From Carpediemonas membranifera BICM (taxonomy: Eukaryota; Protista; Fornicata): a stretch of 64,000 nucleotides of DNA. The notes under the pieces were generated by a model, which did not search any database, was not told where the DNA came from, and was given only the letters and a program-made list of their open reading frames with translations. Where the stretch lies: assembly GCA_019828565.1 (NCBI GenBank), contig JAHDYR010000025.1, positions 124,001 to 188,000 of the forward strand, read 5' to 3'. Both the position numbers and the translations under genes were made by a program. This document shows, piece by piece, positions 9,578 through 21,700 of this stretch (position 1 is the first letter of the stretch; every line of letters begins with the position of its first letter).

Positions 9578-10177
9578 GTTGCAGAGCTTCTTGCAAAACG
9601 TCCGCATTTTAAGACACAAAACTTGGCCTGGGAATTATCTCGGGAACCAACCACATCCTGATCAAACTGCACAGCGCACCGCATTTACCACAGAATTAGA
9701 TCAAATGAATCTGCCAGATGATGGGAATACCGAAGTTATTGACGCAATCGCCAACGTTGTTCGCGAGGAGAACATTGAGCGTCTCGCCCAACCAATGGAG
9801 CCTTACGAGGATGATGTAGACTCTATTGAAGCTATGTTCCGCCTCCACCGGTCTGAATTGAATCTGTGCGAGTTGCCTCCACCCCGGCAAAACTGGGACC
9901 CAGCCTCGAGGCATCTGCTCAACTTTAAGCCCCCGCCGCCCCCTCCTAACTAGATGGGAGTGGTAACGAGACAATGAGACATTTATACGATTGGCATCAA
10001 GCGAGTTAGCTTGGATTAAACGTGCAAGTTGCAGTCGGCGAGCATTTGTGAGACACCAAGAGCAGCAGCAAGCTAATGCAAAAGCAGGACGCATCAATGG
10101 GGTCTCAACATGCCATGGAGCGTCTGCTTCACCCCGGCAGAGTCGGGTCGGGTCGCGTCAGTCACTACCATTTGACG

Positions 10178-11525
10178 ATGCAGACAAACGAAGCCGATCT
10201 TGGTTCTGAGATCTCAGAGCACACAGAGGCCACTTCACAGATAGAGAGTGACTCTGAGCCGGAAGAAGCGTCCGAATTCGAGTTTGGCCTCTCTGATATT
10301 GATGATGACGGTTTGTTCTCCAAAATGAGCTAACGCAGAGCAGATTGAAACACATCCATCGTCCGACAACAGTGGAAACCTTGCCTATCTCGCTGCATGC
10401 GAGTATTTGGACGTTATTCCATCGTCGAATTTCCTCGCACAGATCAACCAAGCCAAGGTATCCTTGCGCCACGACCGCATCGGCCCCAAGGGTGCCCATG
10501 CGATTGCAGAGTGTCTCCGCTTCTCCGAGATTATCAAGGATCTCGAGCTCTCCCAGTGTAACATTAGAGCGGAGGGGGCTGTCTCCATTTTCGACGCGGC
10601 CAAGCTGTCCAACGCCCCTGTCGAGCACCTCCGCCTCTCTGGGAACAGCATCGGCGAGGGTGAGTTCCTGACTCGCGTTTCAGCGGACATGGCAGGGAAA
10701 CTTGCCGAGCTTCGTGATCAGAGCAAGAAGGCTGCCAAGAGACGCCAGATGCGGGGCAAGAAGGAGAAGCAGAAGAAGAAGGAGGAGCCCACTGAGGAGG
10801 AGCTCGAGGAGCGCCGCGTCCAGCAGGAGTGGGAGGACGGTCTGGCCCGTCTCGACGTCTACCAGCGGTCGTCCCCCGCATCCGAGGCCGTGGCCGCGCT
10901 CATCAACGGCACTGTAAGTCTGAAGACGCTGGACTTGTCCCACAACATGCTCACGGACACGTTCATGGACGTCGTCGGCCTGGCCTCGTGGGATGCCGCC
11001 CCCCTCGAGACGGTGTCGTTCGCCCACAACAAGCTGACCGACGGGTGCGCCGAGTCTGTCGGCCGGGTGCTGACGATGAGCTCGGCGGAGACGATGGACC
11101 TTTCGTTCAATCGGTTCGGGGCGGCCTTCGTGACGATGCTGGCCGAGGCCGTCAGCCAGAGCTCTGCGAAGAAGCTCATACTGAGAGGCAACGCCCTCAA
11201 GGACAATGCCGCTGCTCTTCTCACGGCGTTCAACTCACGCCAGACCTTCATCGAGGCGCTCGACCTAACGAGCTGCGGGCTGGGCCCTAAGAGTGCACAG
11301 GAGCTCGCCAAGCTCGTCGCTGGGTCGACATCCCTGAACGAGATCATCGTTGACGACAACACTCTGGGCACCGCGGATGACCGAGAGACGCTCGTCGCCG
11401 CCCTGGAGACGGGTGCGGTCGTGAAGGTCAGCATGCGGGGAGTCCCGCTGACGGCGGAGCAGAAGGAGCGCTTGAAGGGCAAGAACGTCGTGCTCGGTGA
11501 CCGCCCACTGTACATGAAGCTGTAA
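10178..11525 (+). CDS. Leucine-rich repeat protein (RI-like LRR, LRRC74-like); intron 10311-10338
   Basis: YLAACEYLDVIPSS...LRHDRIGPKGAHAIAECL and repeated LxxLxLSxN; 28-nt GTTTGT...CTAACGCAG intron joins the 10076-frame ORF to the 10407 frame; start could be 10076. Confidence 0.75.
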
Positions 11526-11711
11526 ACCGCTTTTCTCTCCGTTGTCCATGCCAGAGCTGCAGGATAGGCCCCATTAATGTGGTAGGCAGACTGTATAGAC
11601 AGCAATGCATCGTTGGCAGTAGTATCCAGCCCATCTTGCTCGACTCAAGGCATCTGACGCGCTCAATTTTCGATCCGATCTTTCGAAGCAGAAGCCCATA
11701 ATAGCGCAGAA

Positions 11712-12326
11712 ATGCCTTGGGGAGACATGGATACATTCGGTAGTGACGAAAACAGCCATACATTTGTCGCTGCGTCCATAGCATTGTCATCTACGCCAGG
11801 AAGTGCTGAATTCTGCCCAATCGAGCTCAGTCTCGCTGATAGGGCGCACAGAGAAAGTTTTGGAACACTCGCGGGCACCTCCAACAACAATGGGATCACA
11901 AACGGCTCTGTTACGCTGGTTTCCGACATTCCGCAGCTGACGAAGCCCTCCGACATTTTCCCCCCGCGCCCCCACCACCGTGCGACGAAGGCGCCGAAGG
12001 TCGACCACTCCGACGATGTGCGTCTGATAGCCCGCGTGGTCTTTCGGACCCTCGGGATGTTTGCGTCGGTCCTGGTTAACATCATCGGGCTGCCAGGGGC
12101 CCTCGTCCTCGTCGGCCAGGCGTCAGGGATCAACCCTCTCCTCTTGCTGTGGATCCCCGGCGCCATGCTCACCGTTCTCTCGCTCTTCATCCTTACGACG
12201 GAGGTTATCTGGCTCAAAACTGCGCGTGAGCTAGACTGGAAGCCCCTCGTCATCCCCATGATGTTCGGCCTGGAGGGGCTCGTGCTGCTCATGACACTGC
12301 CATTTATGCTGGACCATGTAACGTGA
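11712..12326 (+). CDS. Hypothetical membrane protein
   Basis: 204-aa ORF with 3-4 hydrophobic segments in its C-terminal half; 3' end may be extended by splicing. Confidence 0.5.
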   Translation: MPWGDMDTFGSDENSHTFVAASIALSSTPGSAEFCPIELSLADRAHRESFGTLAGTSNNNGITNGSVTLVSDIPQLTKPSDIFPPRPHHRATKAPKVDHSDDVRLIARVVFRTLGMFASVLVNIIGLPGALVLVGQASGINPLLLLWIPGAMLTVLSLFILTTEVIWLKTARELDWKPLVIPMMFGLEGLVLLMTLPFMLDHVT

Positions 12327-12467
12327 GTGATGCCTTCACATGGCGTCCTCCTTGTATATATGCCACATGCTCTGCTGATTATAAATACGTTAAGCCCCTT
12401 GTTGTTTAACAATCCAGTTGACTGCGCCGGAGGAAGAGTTTACATAAGCCAGGAAAGCATCGCCGAC

Positions 12468-13490
12468 TCACATGACACAGCACTGCACCGTCCTGGCGGC
12501 GTCTGGTCCCTGCGTCCGCTTGAACAGCAGCGGCTGCGCCTCCACGCCATCGCCCGTCTGCCGGATCATCACCACGCCGCCCCTGTTCCACGGGAGTCGC
12601 CCCGGGGCGCTGAACACGGTCGTAGTCAGCCCCTCGTGGACCGTGGACAGCCCCTCGGGCGTCACCTGGTGGGACCGGATGATGCCCTTCACCCCCAGCT
12701 GCCGACACACGCCAGCGGACACATCGGGGCCGTACATAACCCCGGCCGCCCTGGCGCTGGGCTGGGTGCCGTCTGTGGGCATTGGGTCGGACCAAAGCAT
12801 GTCCGCCATCGGGCCCGTCGTGGGGCAGTCGACGTGGCGATCGAGGTCCTGGATCGTCTGTAGGTCAACGGTGGCAGGATTCCATGGCCCACCGTGGACG
12901 ACGAGTGCTGTTCCGTGGACGATGGTGGCGATGGGGATGCTCTGAAAGAGGCTCAGCGACTCCTCGTACACCAGGTCGCTGCCGTACCGCGCCCGGACCT
13001 CCCGCTGGAACCCGTACCGAGCCGTGCACTTGCCCGACTCGTGGTTGCCCCTGTTGATCATGACCTTTCGGGGGTCCACCACGAGACGATAGAGCAGCAC
13101 GGCCAGGATCTCGAGGCTGAACGGATCCCGGTCAACGATGTCGCCGTTGATCAGCATCACTGCATCCTCTTCATCAGCAGCTACCATGTACCGCAGGAAG
13201 TCCGGGAACTGGCCGTGCAGGTCCCCGATGACGGCGATGGGGCCCTCAGATGGATCAAGCGTTACAACGTTCGAGCGGCGGTCGAGGATAGTGCGTGCAC
13301 GGCGAATAAGACGTACTAGACTCTCAATGTCTGGGAGGGCGAACCCTTGGCCGTCAATCAGCGCTGTGACGAGTTCTTTGACGCCACTGGCCGTAGGAGG
13401 CCACTGAAGCGAGAAGTATTTCACTTGCTTATCAGGCGCTTCTAGTGGCGTTGCCTGACTCTGTGTTTCGTCCAACAGCCGCTGAGACAT
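12468..13490 (-). CDS. PPP-family Ser/Thr protein phosphatase with C-terminal CaaX (CCVM)
   Basis: GDLHGQ, GDIVDR, RGNHE, HGG, DMLWSDP, IRSHQ, TVFSAP. Confidence 0.9.
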   Translation of the reverse strand: MSQRLLDETQSQATPLEAPDKQVKYFSLQWPPTASGVKELVTALIDGQGFALPDIESLVRLIRRARTILDRRSNVVTLDPSEGPIAVIGDLHGQFPDFLRYMVAADEEDAVMLINGDIVDRDPFSLEILAVLLYRLVVDPRKVMINRGNHESGKCTARYGFQREVRARYGSDLVYEESLSLFQSIPIATIVHGTALVVHGGPWNPATVDLQTIQDLDRHVDCPTTGPMADMLWSDPMPTDGTQPSARAAGVMYGPDVSAGVCRQLGVKGIIRSHQVTPEGLSTVHEGLTTTVFSAPGRLPWNRGGVVMIRQTGDGVEAQPLLFKRTQGPDAARTVQCCVM

Positions 13491-13766
13491 CGCGTTCGAT
13501 TCCGCCGTGTGTGCATAACCTGCGATTTCCACAGATACGTCCGAACCACGCGGACTAGCGGTAGCTTAGTCACCTAAGTCTAGCCATAGCATATGTCTCG
13601 CGTTTTGGAAGAAGCCCCGGCTCTTGTCAGTAACTTTGTTGACCGACTCTGGCCGACACGACGCTGAGTGCTCCCCTCTGCCAAGTGGCCGAGACAATGG
13701 AACGGAGTGATCCGGCTTGCAGTATCTACAACATTTAAACCGCGCATTTATATCAAATTCTGAAGG

Positions 13767-15137
13767 TCACCTCTCCTTCTTCTCGTCGCCCGGGTTGAAC
13801 AGCGCCGGGTCGACCCCCGCCTTCGCGAGTTCCCGGAGCCTTGCGGCCAAGCTAGGGTGGGACGAATGGACGAAATCTCCCAGGGGATCCGGGTCACAGT
13901 CGGACAGGTTCTGCTTGCTCAGCAGCACGAGTCCGGCACCAAGGCCAGTAAGCCCGAGCTTGACGGTGAATCTATCTGCTTGGTACTCGTAGTGGCGGGA
14001 GAGTGCGTTGTCGAAGATGTCCACGGCCATGTTGATCGGGTCGATGAGTTGGAAGAACACGAAGAAGCCGATCAGCGGCGGCCTCGTGTCGAAGCCAAAG
14101 TCGTTGTAGAGTCGCGCGGAGAGGTAGCAGCGGTTTGCGACATACAGCATGAGCAGTGCCTTGATCATCCCGCCCACGAGCATCTTGGGGATGTGGTTGT
14201 GGACGTGGTGGCCAAGCTCGTGGCCGATGACGGCAGCAATAGTGTCGTCGTCCATTTCAGCGAGCATCGTATCGTAAATAATGACGCGCTTCGGCCCGAA
14301 CATCCCCGCGAGCATGGCGTTGCCCTTCGTGGACCGGCGGGACCCGTCGATGACCATGATCTTCTTCAGCTTCATCCCTACGCTCTCAGCAATGCCGTCA
14401 AGCTTCTCCTGGAGCTCCTCGCGGTCCTCGGGCAGGGGCGAGAGTTTGTTGAAGATGGGGATGAAGACAGGCACGACGAGGAACTGGATGGCGACAGCGA
14501 TGACGCACAGAACCAGCCACAGGGGGAGCCAGAAGTTGTTGGGGAGGGCAGATACGATGGCCAGGGCGCCTGCCATGAGGGGGCACAGCAGGGCGTAGCC
14601 GACGATGCGGCTCTTAGCCTCGTCGAGGATGAAAGTGGCCCATGTCGTGTTGTTGAAGTTCCAGCGGGCCTCAATGACGAATGTGGAGTACACGCTAAAG
14701 GGCATTGTGGTGATTGAGGTCAGCTCGCTCATGATGACAATGACAAGGATGGATACAGTGATGTGGTGTACCGGGACCGGCGTGTGCTCGAGGAGATTGG
14801 TGGCAAAGGACCAGGACCAGTTGATGAAGCCGAAGTAGAGCATGGCGATCTCGATGGCGAGTGAGAAAATGGACTTGAGCATCCCGAACGACGTGACCTC
14901 GAGGTTGTAACGATTGCTCCTCTGGAAGGTCTCTTCGGTTATCATACCTTTCAAATAGGCCGGAACACCATTCCTCATGCCCTTGAGAAGACGATTGCGC
15001 GTCCGGATGTCTAGCCAGAGCTCGAAAATGCCGTTCGCGGCAATCATGCAGATGGCAACATAGAGAAGGTTCAGGCTGTAATATACTACTACAGCCTCAT
15101 CATATATCCACTTGAGAGAGGCCAGTGCTGCTTCCAT
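13767..15137 (-). CDS. STE24: CAAX prenyl protease 1 (peptidase M48)
   Basis: Multiple TM helices, IDGSRRSTKGNA, YDT, HELGH zinc motif, SRHYEYQAD, SHP. Confidence 0.93.
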   Translation of the reverse strand: MEAALASLKWIYDEAVVVYYSLNLLYVAICMIAANGIFELWLDIRTRNRLLKGMRNGVPAYLKGMITEETFQRSNRYNLEVTSFGMLKSIFSLAIEIAMLYFGFINWSWSFATNLLEHTPVPVHHITVSILVIVIMSELTSITTMPFSVYSTFVIEARWNFNNTTWATFILDEAKSRIVGYALLCPLMAGALAIVSALPNNFWLPLWLVLCVIAVAIQFLVVPVFIPIFNKLSPLPEDREELQEKLDGIAESVGMKLKKIMVIDGSRRSTKGNAMLAGMFGPKRVIIYDTMLAEMDDDTIAAVIGHELGHHVHNHIPKMLVGGMIKALLMLYVANRCYLSARLYNDFGFDTRPPLIGFFVFFQLIDPINMAVDIFDNALSRHYEYQADRFTVKLGLTGLGAGLVLLSKQNLSDCDPDPLGDFVHSSHPSLAARLRELAKAGVDPALFNPGDEKKER

Positions 15138-15266
15138 CGCCTTGCTCGTCGTCAAGACAAAAGCCGAGACAAAACTGCGAAATGAGAGCATCGCACGGCA
15201 CGGCGACCCTGCCGGGTCAGGGAACACGATCCTGAAACAGCAAACTTTATAAAAACGATTAAAACT

Positions 15267-16277
15267 CTACTCCTCTGCCATGACGACCATGCCGACCTGT
15301 CCCACGTGGACGTCTCCCTTCCCCCGCTGCCCCGCCAGCCCAGCCATCTCGGCACCGGGACTCTGCAGACTCTCCGTCGCCAGGCCCGTCGGGTACGTCC
15401 CATGGTGAATAGCGAGAGAGCAACGGGACCCGACGTCGTCATGGATCCTAAGCGCGCCCTCTGAATGAACATGCTGGTAGCCGGCCACAGCCTCAGGGTG
15501 ACCGCACCCGATTGGGAGCAGGGAGAGGTCCATGGGGCCGAGCTGGGCAATCGTCTGGAACAGACCCTTGTTGTAGCCCGTGTCTCCGGGGTAAAAGAGC
15601 CGCTTGCCGTCGAGCTCGGCCACAAACCCGCCCCACAGCGTCTGGTTCCTGTCATGGACTCCGCGTCGGCTCCAGTGCTGTGCGGGGACGAATGTGACGG
15701 TCATCCCGCCAATATCTGCCCGGTCCCACCAGGAGCACGCGTGGATCCGCTCCTCGGGCACGCCGGCCTTCGTCAAGAGAGGCTCTACACCAGTGCCACA
15801 GACGAAGGTCGGGTGGAACGCCTTCTCGATGTCCCGCATGCTGTCTACGGAGAGGTGGTCGAAGTGGTTGTGGGAGCAAAGCACAGTGTCGACCCCGGGG
15901 AGCTCGGACCAGGCCGTGATGGGGGCCGGGGCCTTTCGTACCATCCCGAGAGGGCCAACACCGGCGTTGCCGAGAATCGGGTCGGTCAGGATTAGGCGTC
16001 CGTTGAGGTTGCACAGGCAGGACGAGTGCCCGAGCCACCATACTGCGAGCTTGCTGTTCATGAAAGCATTGCAGCGCTCCTCGGTGAATGGAAGAGTAGG
16101 AAGTGGCTTCCCCACTGGGTAGTTCAGCGTCTTATCGAGCCTCGTCTTGAAGAACTTCGACAGGTTAGCTCTCTTGAGGGATGCCTGCCAAGGGTTCACA
16201 AATGTGCCCTTCCTTTCATTTCTCGTTGTTCTATACAGGTCAGGTATCTCGAATGAGAACACTCCAGGTTTCACCAT
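15267..16277 (-). CDS. Metallo-beta-lactamase-fold NAPE-PLD-like hydrolase
   Basis: WLGHSS, ILTDPI, SHNHFDHL, VPAQHWSRR, LWGG, FYPGDTGY, LLPIG, IHHGTY. Confidence 0.88.
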   Translation of the reverse strand: MVKPGVFSFEIPDLYRTTRNERKGTFVNPWQASLKRANLSKFFKTRLDKTLNYPVGKPLPTLPFTEERCNAFMNSKLAVWWLGHSSCLCNLNGRLILTDPILGNAGVGPLGMVRKAPAPITAWSELPGVDTVLCSHNHFDHLSVDSMRDIEKAFHPTFVCGTGVEPLLTKAGVPEERIHACSWWDRADIGGMTVTFVPAQHWSRRGVHDRNQTLWGGFVAELDGKRLFYPGDTGYNKGLFQTIAQLGPMDLSLLPIGCGHPEAVAGYQHVHSEGALRIHDDVGSRCSLAIHHGTYPTGLATESLQSPGAEMAGLAGQRGKGDVHVGQVGMVVMAEE

Positions 16278-16830
16278 GTTGATGTTTCGTTCTAACGAAT
16301 CATCATGATTCAGTTTGAGTGATTCTCGGATTCGGCCAAGGTCTACTGGGCAGCCGGGGCCGATATCCTGCAGATGCAACACGCTGCGGGAGTTTGGGTG
16401 CTTCTTTCTCTTCAGGCGCCGACAGCACCCCTGCCGGAGTCTCCCGCTGCTTCGCAGCTGACCGGGGCAGTCCCCGCTCTTCCAGCATTCATTGTGGCAT
16501 ACTGCTTGCAGAAATCAATCGGGATGTCGTGCTCAAAGCTTGAGGTCAGGCCATGTGATCTCTCTCTGACCCTGCCAGGCTGACGCCATGAATCGTGATC
16601 AAATGATTCGATGACCGAAGGGGGGTATGCACCGACCGCGACCACTGTACCGGGCAATGCCACACCACACACGAGATGCGTGGACTCTGAGGCCTTGCTG
16701 CCCAGAGGCCAGAGGCCAATGAGGCAAACCGGCCCAGGTCATGCCGCGACCGGTCGCGTGCTTTTACAGACCGTCTCAAAGAGACCGTGAACCCGCTTCT
16801 GCGAACACTACATTTATACACACAGTGGCT

Positions 16831-18411
16831 TCACTTCTTCTTGGGGCGCTTGACGGGCTTCTCCGGCTTGACAGCAAACGCCTTGACCTTCTTTGCCTTG
16901 GCCTTGCTGAGCGCGCTGTACTCCGCCATCCGCTTGTTGTACTCCCGGGTCAGCCGGGCCGACACCGCGCCGGGCACCTTAGCAGCCTTGGTCCCGCCCT
17001 TGCCGGGCCCGACGAAGTACCTATCAGCGAGCACGTCCATATCCTCCCGACTAATACCAGCCTCGACCATGCGGTCGATGGTCTCGTCTACGATGCGGGC
17101 AACGAGCTCCTTGTCCTTGGCAGCACCGGGGGTCGCCAGGGTTGACAGCCCGGCGTTGATTCTCTCGTACAGGGCGCCAGAGCCGAGGACGTCAGTGGCA
17201 CACGCCTCGCGGTCACACATCACGCCCTTGGCACTCAGCCGGCTCGCTATCTCGCCGGTAAGCCTGACCTGCTTGTTCGTCTTCGAGATCTTGCCGAGCA
17301 CCTCGTATGGGAATGTCAGCTGGTCCGGCCTCACCCCCCGCACGGCGTTCCCGATGGCCATAGCAGGCCCGGCCACTGTCGCTACGGCGTGGTGGGGGGC
17401 GATGGAGTAGTTCTGGGTCGACCCTATGGCGTCACCGAGGATCTCGCCAAAGGACATGGACTCTGATACCACGCCCATGAGGAACTGCTGCGGGCCGGGC
17501 CTCACCTCGCGCAGGAGAGTCAGGTAGTTGTCGTAAAGGTAGAAGGGGGTCATGCCCGTGTCCTTGAAGTACGCCTCCCGACGATCGGTTATGGGGCGGC
17601 CTCGTTCGAACGCCTGGGCGACAGACTCGGCCATGCTGAGGTTAGGCAGCTTTGCGGCGTTGTGTATGTCGTCTCTGGACTTAGCCCCCTCGCCCGACCA
17701 TGTCTGTAGCGAGTGGACGACCTGTCTGATGTCTCCGCGGTTCTCCTCCACTAAGACGCGGAGGAGGGTTGGGTCGACAGTCAGGCCCTCCTTTTGGACT
17801 AGGAGCGAGATGCGGCGGACAAGGTCGTCTGGGTCCGGCTGGAAGAAGGGGATCGGGAGGCAGTACTGGGTCAGTGTCTTGATCGACTGCTTCTCATCGT
17901 CGTTACAGATACAGATGATAGGGATGCGAGACTCTACTATGATACTAATGAGCTCCTGCACACCGCCCCGGTCACCCTGGGACATGCCGTCGACCTCGTC
18001 CATGATGAGTACCGGGCGAGACGTCTTGGCCTGTCTCGCTCCAAAGAAATGGGAGATGGTCTGGTTGTCACGGAGATGCTTCACATGTTCCTCGAGGCTG
18101 CCCTTGGAGCGGACATCAGACGCGTTCATCTCATGGATTGAGAAGCCGAGCTCCTTGGCTGCAACGAGGGCCGTGGAAGTCTTGCCAATGCCGGGTGGGC
18201 CAGAGATGAGTACCGCACGCTTAAACCCTTCGCTACTCTTCGCCTTCTTCTTCGCATCTCGGATGCCTTGGCTCTCTGCACCCTGAGTTTCGCCCTTGTA
18301 CTTCTCAACCCATGATTCAAGCCACCGATAAAGGGTACTGATCGCAGATTCATTGGCAATAAGCTCAGACCTGTGCTGTGGGCGGTACTTGTCAGTCCAG
18401 AGTGCGTCCAT
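16831..18411 (-). CDS. RFC1: Replication factor C large subunit (no N-terminal BRCT region)
   Basis: LWTDKYRP, SGPPGIGKTS, EMNASDVR, MDEVDGMSQGDRGG, PIICICND, GDIRQ. Confidence 0.9.
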   Translation of the reverse strand: MDALWTDKYRPQHRSELIANESAISTLYRWLESWVEKYKGETQGAESQGIRDAKKKAKSSEGFKRAVLISGPPGIGKTSTALVAAKELGFSIHEMNASDVRSKGSLEEHVKHLRDNQTISHFFGARQAKTSRPVLIMDEVDGMSQGDRGGVQELISIIVESRIPIICICNDDEKQSIKTLTQYCLPIPFFQPDPDDLVRRISLLVQKEGLTVDPTLLRVLVEENRGDIRQVVHSLQTWSGEGAKSRDDIHNAAKLPNLSMAESVAQAFERGRPITDRREAYFKDTGMTPFYLYDNYLTLLREVRPGPQQFLMGVVSESMSFGEILGDAIGSTQNYSIAPHHAVATVAGPAMAIGNAVRGVRPDQLTFPYEVLGKISKTNKQVRLTGEIASRLSAKGVMCDREACATDVLGSGALYERINAGLSTLATPGAAKDKELVARIVDETIDRMVEAGISREDMDVLADRYFVGPGKGGTKAAKVPGAVSARLTREYNKRMAEYSALSKAKAKKVKAFAVKPEKPVKRPKKK

Positions 18412-18733
18412 ACCGGAGTTTCGCTTCGCGCGTTCGAGGCTAAACTGCGCTGACTTTGTTCAGGTCTGTCTGGGCGCCAGAGCGAACGTGTGACGTAATT
18501 GACGTGTAGATATGGTATTTACGCGATGACGTGGAACTTTTACCGCATTCCAACCTTTGACGCACTCTGACAACTGCCGGGCTAACCTGACAAAGCCAAT
18601 GGTCATCCCGGACAACGATGGTCATTTTGACGTGTTTGCAGCGTCAGACGGGCCCGGATTCGTCCTTGATCAGACTGCTGGAAGTTTTGTTTGAAAAAAG
18701 ACCGGTACAGGCAGGAAGCTGCGGACGGTCAGA

Positions 18734-21700
18734 ATGCCCCGTTGGATCCGACCGAAGACGTTAGAGCAGTTGCCTGACTTCTGTCTGATGAGCCGTGGCC
18801 TCTCTGCACAGCGAGAACGCTCCAGTCAGGTTCTCTTGGGCGTATGCGTCCTAGACAGCAAATCTCAGTCCAAACCCATGCGCCAGATCATAAAGCGCAT
18901 TACAAGCCACGGCGACATCAAGGTGGTGTACTTCGGCAACTCCACCATCCTCGGCCAGCGTATGACCCCCTCCTCCACCCTCACACAGCCATCGAGAACT
19001 GGCCCGTCGTCGACGTACTCATCTCATTCTACTCCAGCGGCTTCCCGCTCGAGAAGGCCGTGCGCTACGTCGATCTTGTCCGGCCCTTTTGCATCAACGA
19101 CCTGAGGCTCCAACTGTGCCTGCAGGACAGACGCGAGGTCTACTGGCGCCTCAACCAGGCCAAAGTGCCGACCCCGTCGTACTTCGCCGTGTCCCGAGAC
19201 AAGGAGATCATTGACGAGACAGACATCGTGTTCGACGGCGCGTCGATAACGTTCAGGGGGCAGACAATACCAACCCCGTTCGTGGAGAAGCCAGTCGACG
19301 GCGAGGACCACAACGTCTGGATCTACTTCGGCCCCGAGTCGCCATGCGGCCCGGGTGTCCGCCGGCTCTTCCGCAAGGTCGACTGCAAGTCCTCCGAGTT
19401 CTTCCCGGGCCCGTGTGACGTCCGCAGGGACGGGGCATATCTGTACGAGGAGTTCCTCGAGGTCAAGGACGCCAAGGACCTCAAGGCGTACACCGTGCTG
19501 CCCGACTACGTACACGGCGAGCTGAGGAAAACGCCGGCCCTCGACGGGATCGTGGAGCGGGATGACTTGGGGCGGGAGGTCCGCGAGGTGTGCGTGCTCT
19601 CCCACGAGGAGCGGCGTGCGGCCAAGATGATCGGGCAGGCGTTTGGCCAGCGCGTCTGCGGCTTCGACATCCTCCGCAAGCCCGACGGAAGCTTCATTGT
19701 GTGTGACGTGAACGGCTGGTCGTTTGTCAAGGGCGACCACCACTACTACGACCACACCGCCCGAGTACTGAGGCAGCTCGTCATCCAGGCCAAGAACAGA
19801 CTGGTCGCACGATACGAGAACAGGACCGCCGCCCCAGACGAGCCCGACAACGAGCTGGGCACTCTGGAGGCCGTGGTATGCGTGCATCGGTACGCCGACC
19901 GGTCGCCCAAGGGCAAGCTCAAGGTGATGCTCCCCATCAGCCTGCTGAACCGCATCTACGGTCGTCTCAGGGCCCACAGCACGATCAGCGCCGACAAGAC
20001 GCCCCAGAAGGTCCAGGAGTTCCTCGAGGGGCTCCTTAAACTGCAGGAAGAGGGTGTGGCCGACGCACACGCGGATGCCGTGCGGCAGCTGATTGCCGGA
20101 CTGACCAACCCCCACCAGACGCACGTGAGCATCAGCTTTCACCCGCTTGACGACGAGACGACGTTCCTGTCGTCGACAGACTTCGATGAGAGCGCCGTGG
20201 CCGCCGTGGTGCTGAAGTGGGGCGGTCAGCTGACGCATGCGGGCGTCGCACAGACGAGGGACGCCGCCATCGCGTTCAGTGAGGCCCTGCCCGCGGACAG
20301 GCGGGCCGAGTTTCTCGAGGACGCCCGTGTATTCCACGCCAGTGAGGCTAGGGCGGCCAAGACCGCCGAGGTCTTCTATGGCACGCTCGTGTCCGTCAAC
20401 GACGACGCGGACATGCTTCCCACGGCCAAGGCGATGATAGCGGACGACCGCATGCTACAGTGGAAGCCGGGCAAGGTCCGGTCGAAGCGGGCGAGGATCG
20501 AGGAGCGGGTGGTATCCGTGCTCATGGCGGACCGCGTCTTCGGGTTCAAGCCAAGCGACTACACCGACGACGAGATCGCGTCGTTGTTGCCGGCCGGGCT
20601 GAGGGCCATTGGGAACCCGACGGCGGCGCTGAGGGAGCTCCAGAAGGAGATGCAGCGGCTCGTTGGGGATCTGAGGGAGGCCATCGAGCCCAACGGACAC
20701 GCCTGCTCGGACGAGCCACACAAGGCGGTGTTGAAGCGGTGGGAGCTGCTGCTGAGCAAGATCATGACCCCACAGTGCATCGGGACGACGCTCATCAAGG
20801 ACATCTACGACGCCGCCAAGTACGACGCGATACACAACCGCCAGCTGGTGTCCGGGGTGTCGATGGTCTACCCCGTCGTCCACGGGCTGGCCGAGCTCGT
20901 CATCGGGGCTGAGTACGGCATCACCCCGCAGGATAAGCGCAGTCTGGCCAACCGAATCTCGTCGAACCTGCTCAACGCCATCATCACGGACCTGGAGCTG
21001 GCGGTGCATGGGACCCCGCCGATGACGGTCGCAAACACGCGGCCCGGGTCACCTGTGGGCATGGCGCGGCAGCTGGGCGTCTCGGTGATGGAGCCGCCCG
21101 CCACGATCGCCATCCACAACCAGAGCAGTCTGAGAAGCCAGCGGGCGAACTCGATGCTCTCGGACGACGAGTACTACAACTCGGAGCTTAGCCTCGTCAG
21201 CACACCCACAACGGGGGCGCCCAACAGCGTCAAGAGCGACGCCTCCCGGTCATTGACGAACTCTCTTCGACTCCGAGACGAGTCGCCCTTCGACCTCGAT
21301 CCCGACCGGCTCGACTTCGAGGTATCAAACATCGTTCCGCTGTCACAGACCCACATCGACTGGGAGCGGAGGATGCGGGAGATGAGGCCGGACAACATCC
21401 ATCACGGCCGGCTGACGATGTACTTCGCCGACACGTCCCACATCACTGCCCTGACGCGGCTCTTCTTATTCACTCACGTCCCGGGGCTGAGCTTGAACTA
21501 CCGGCCTGTCAGCGACATGAGCTACCTCTCCCACCTCGTCTTCAAGCTCTACCGCAACTGCGCCGGTCGCTATTCCGTCCGGGTTGAGCTGTCGACGGGG
21601 GCGTCCCACAACCCCTTCCAGGCCCTCGGTCAGGACCACGCCCTCCCCATCGACACGGCCCTACCCCTCATCGACTGCATTAAGCTGCCCGTGCTTAGAA

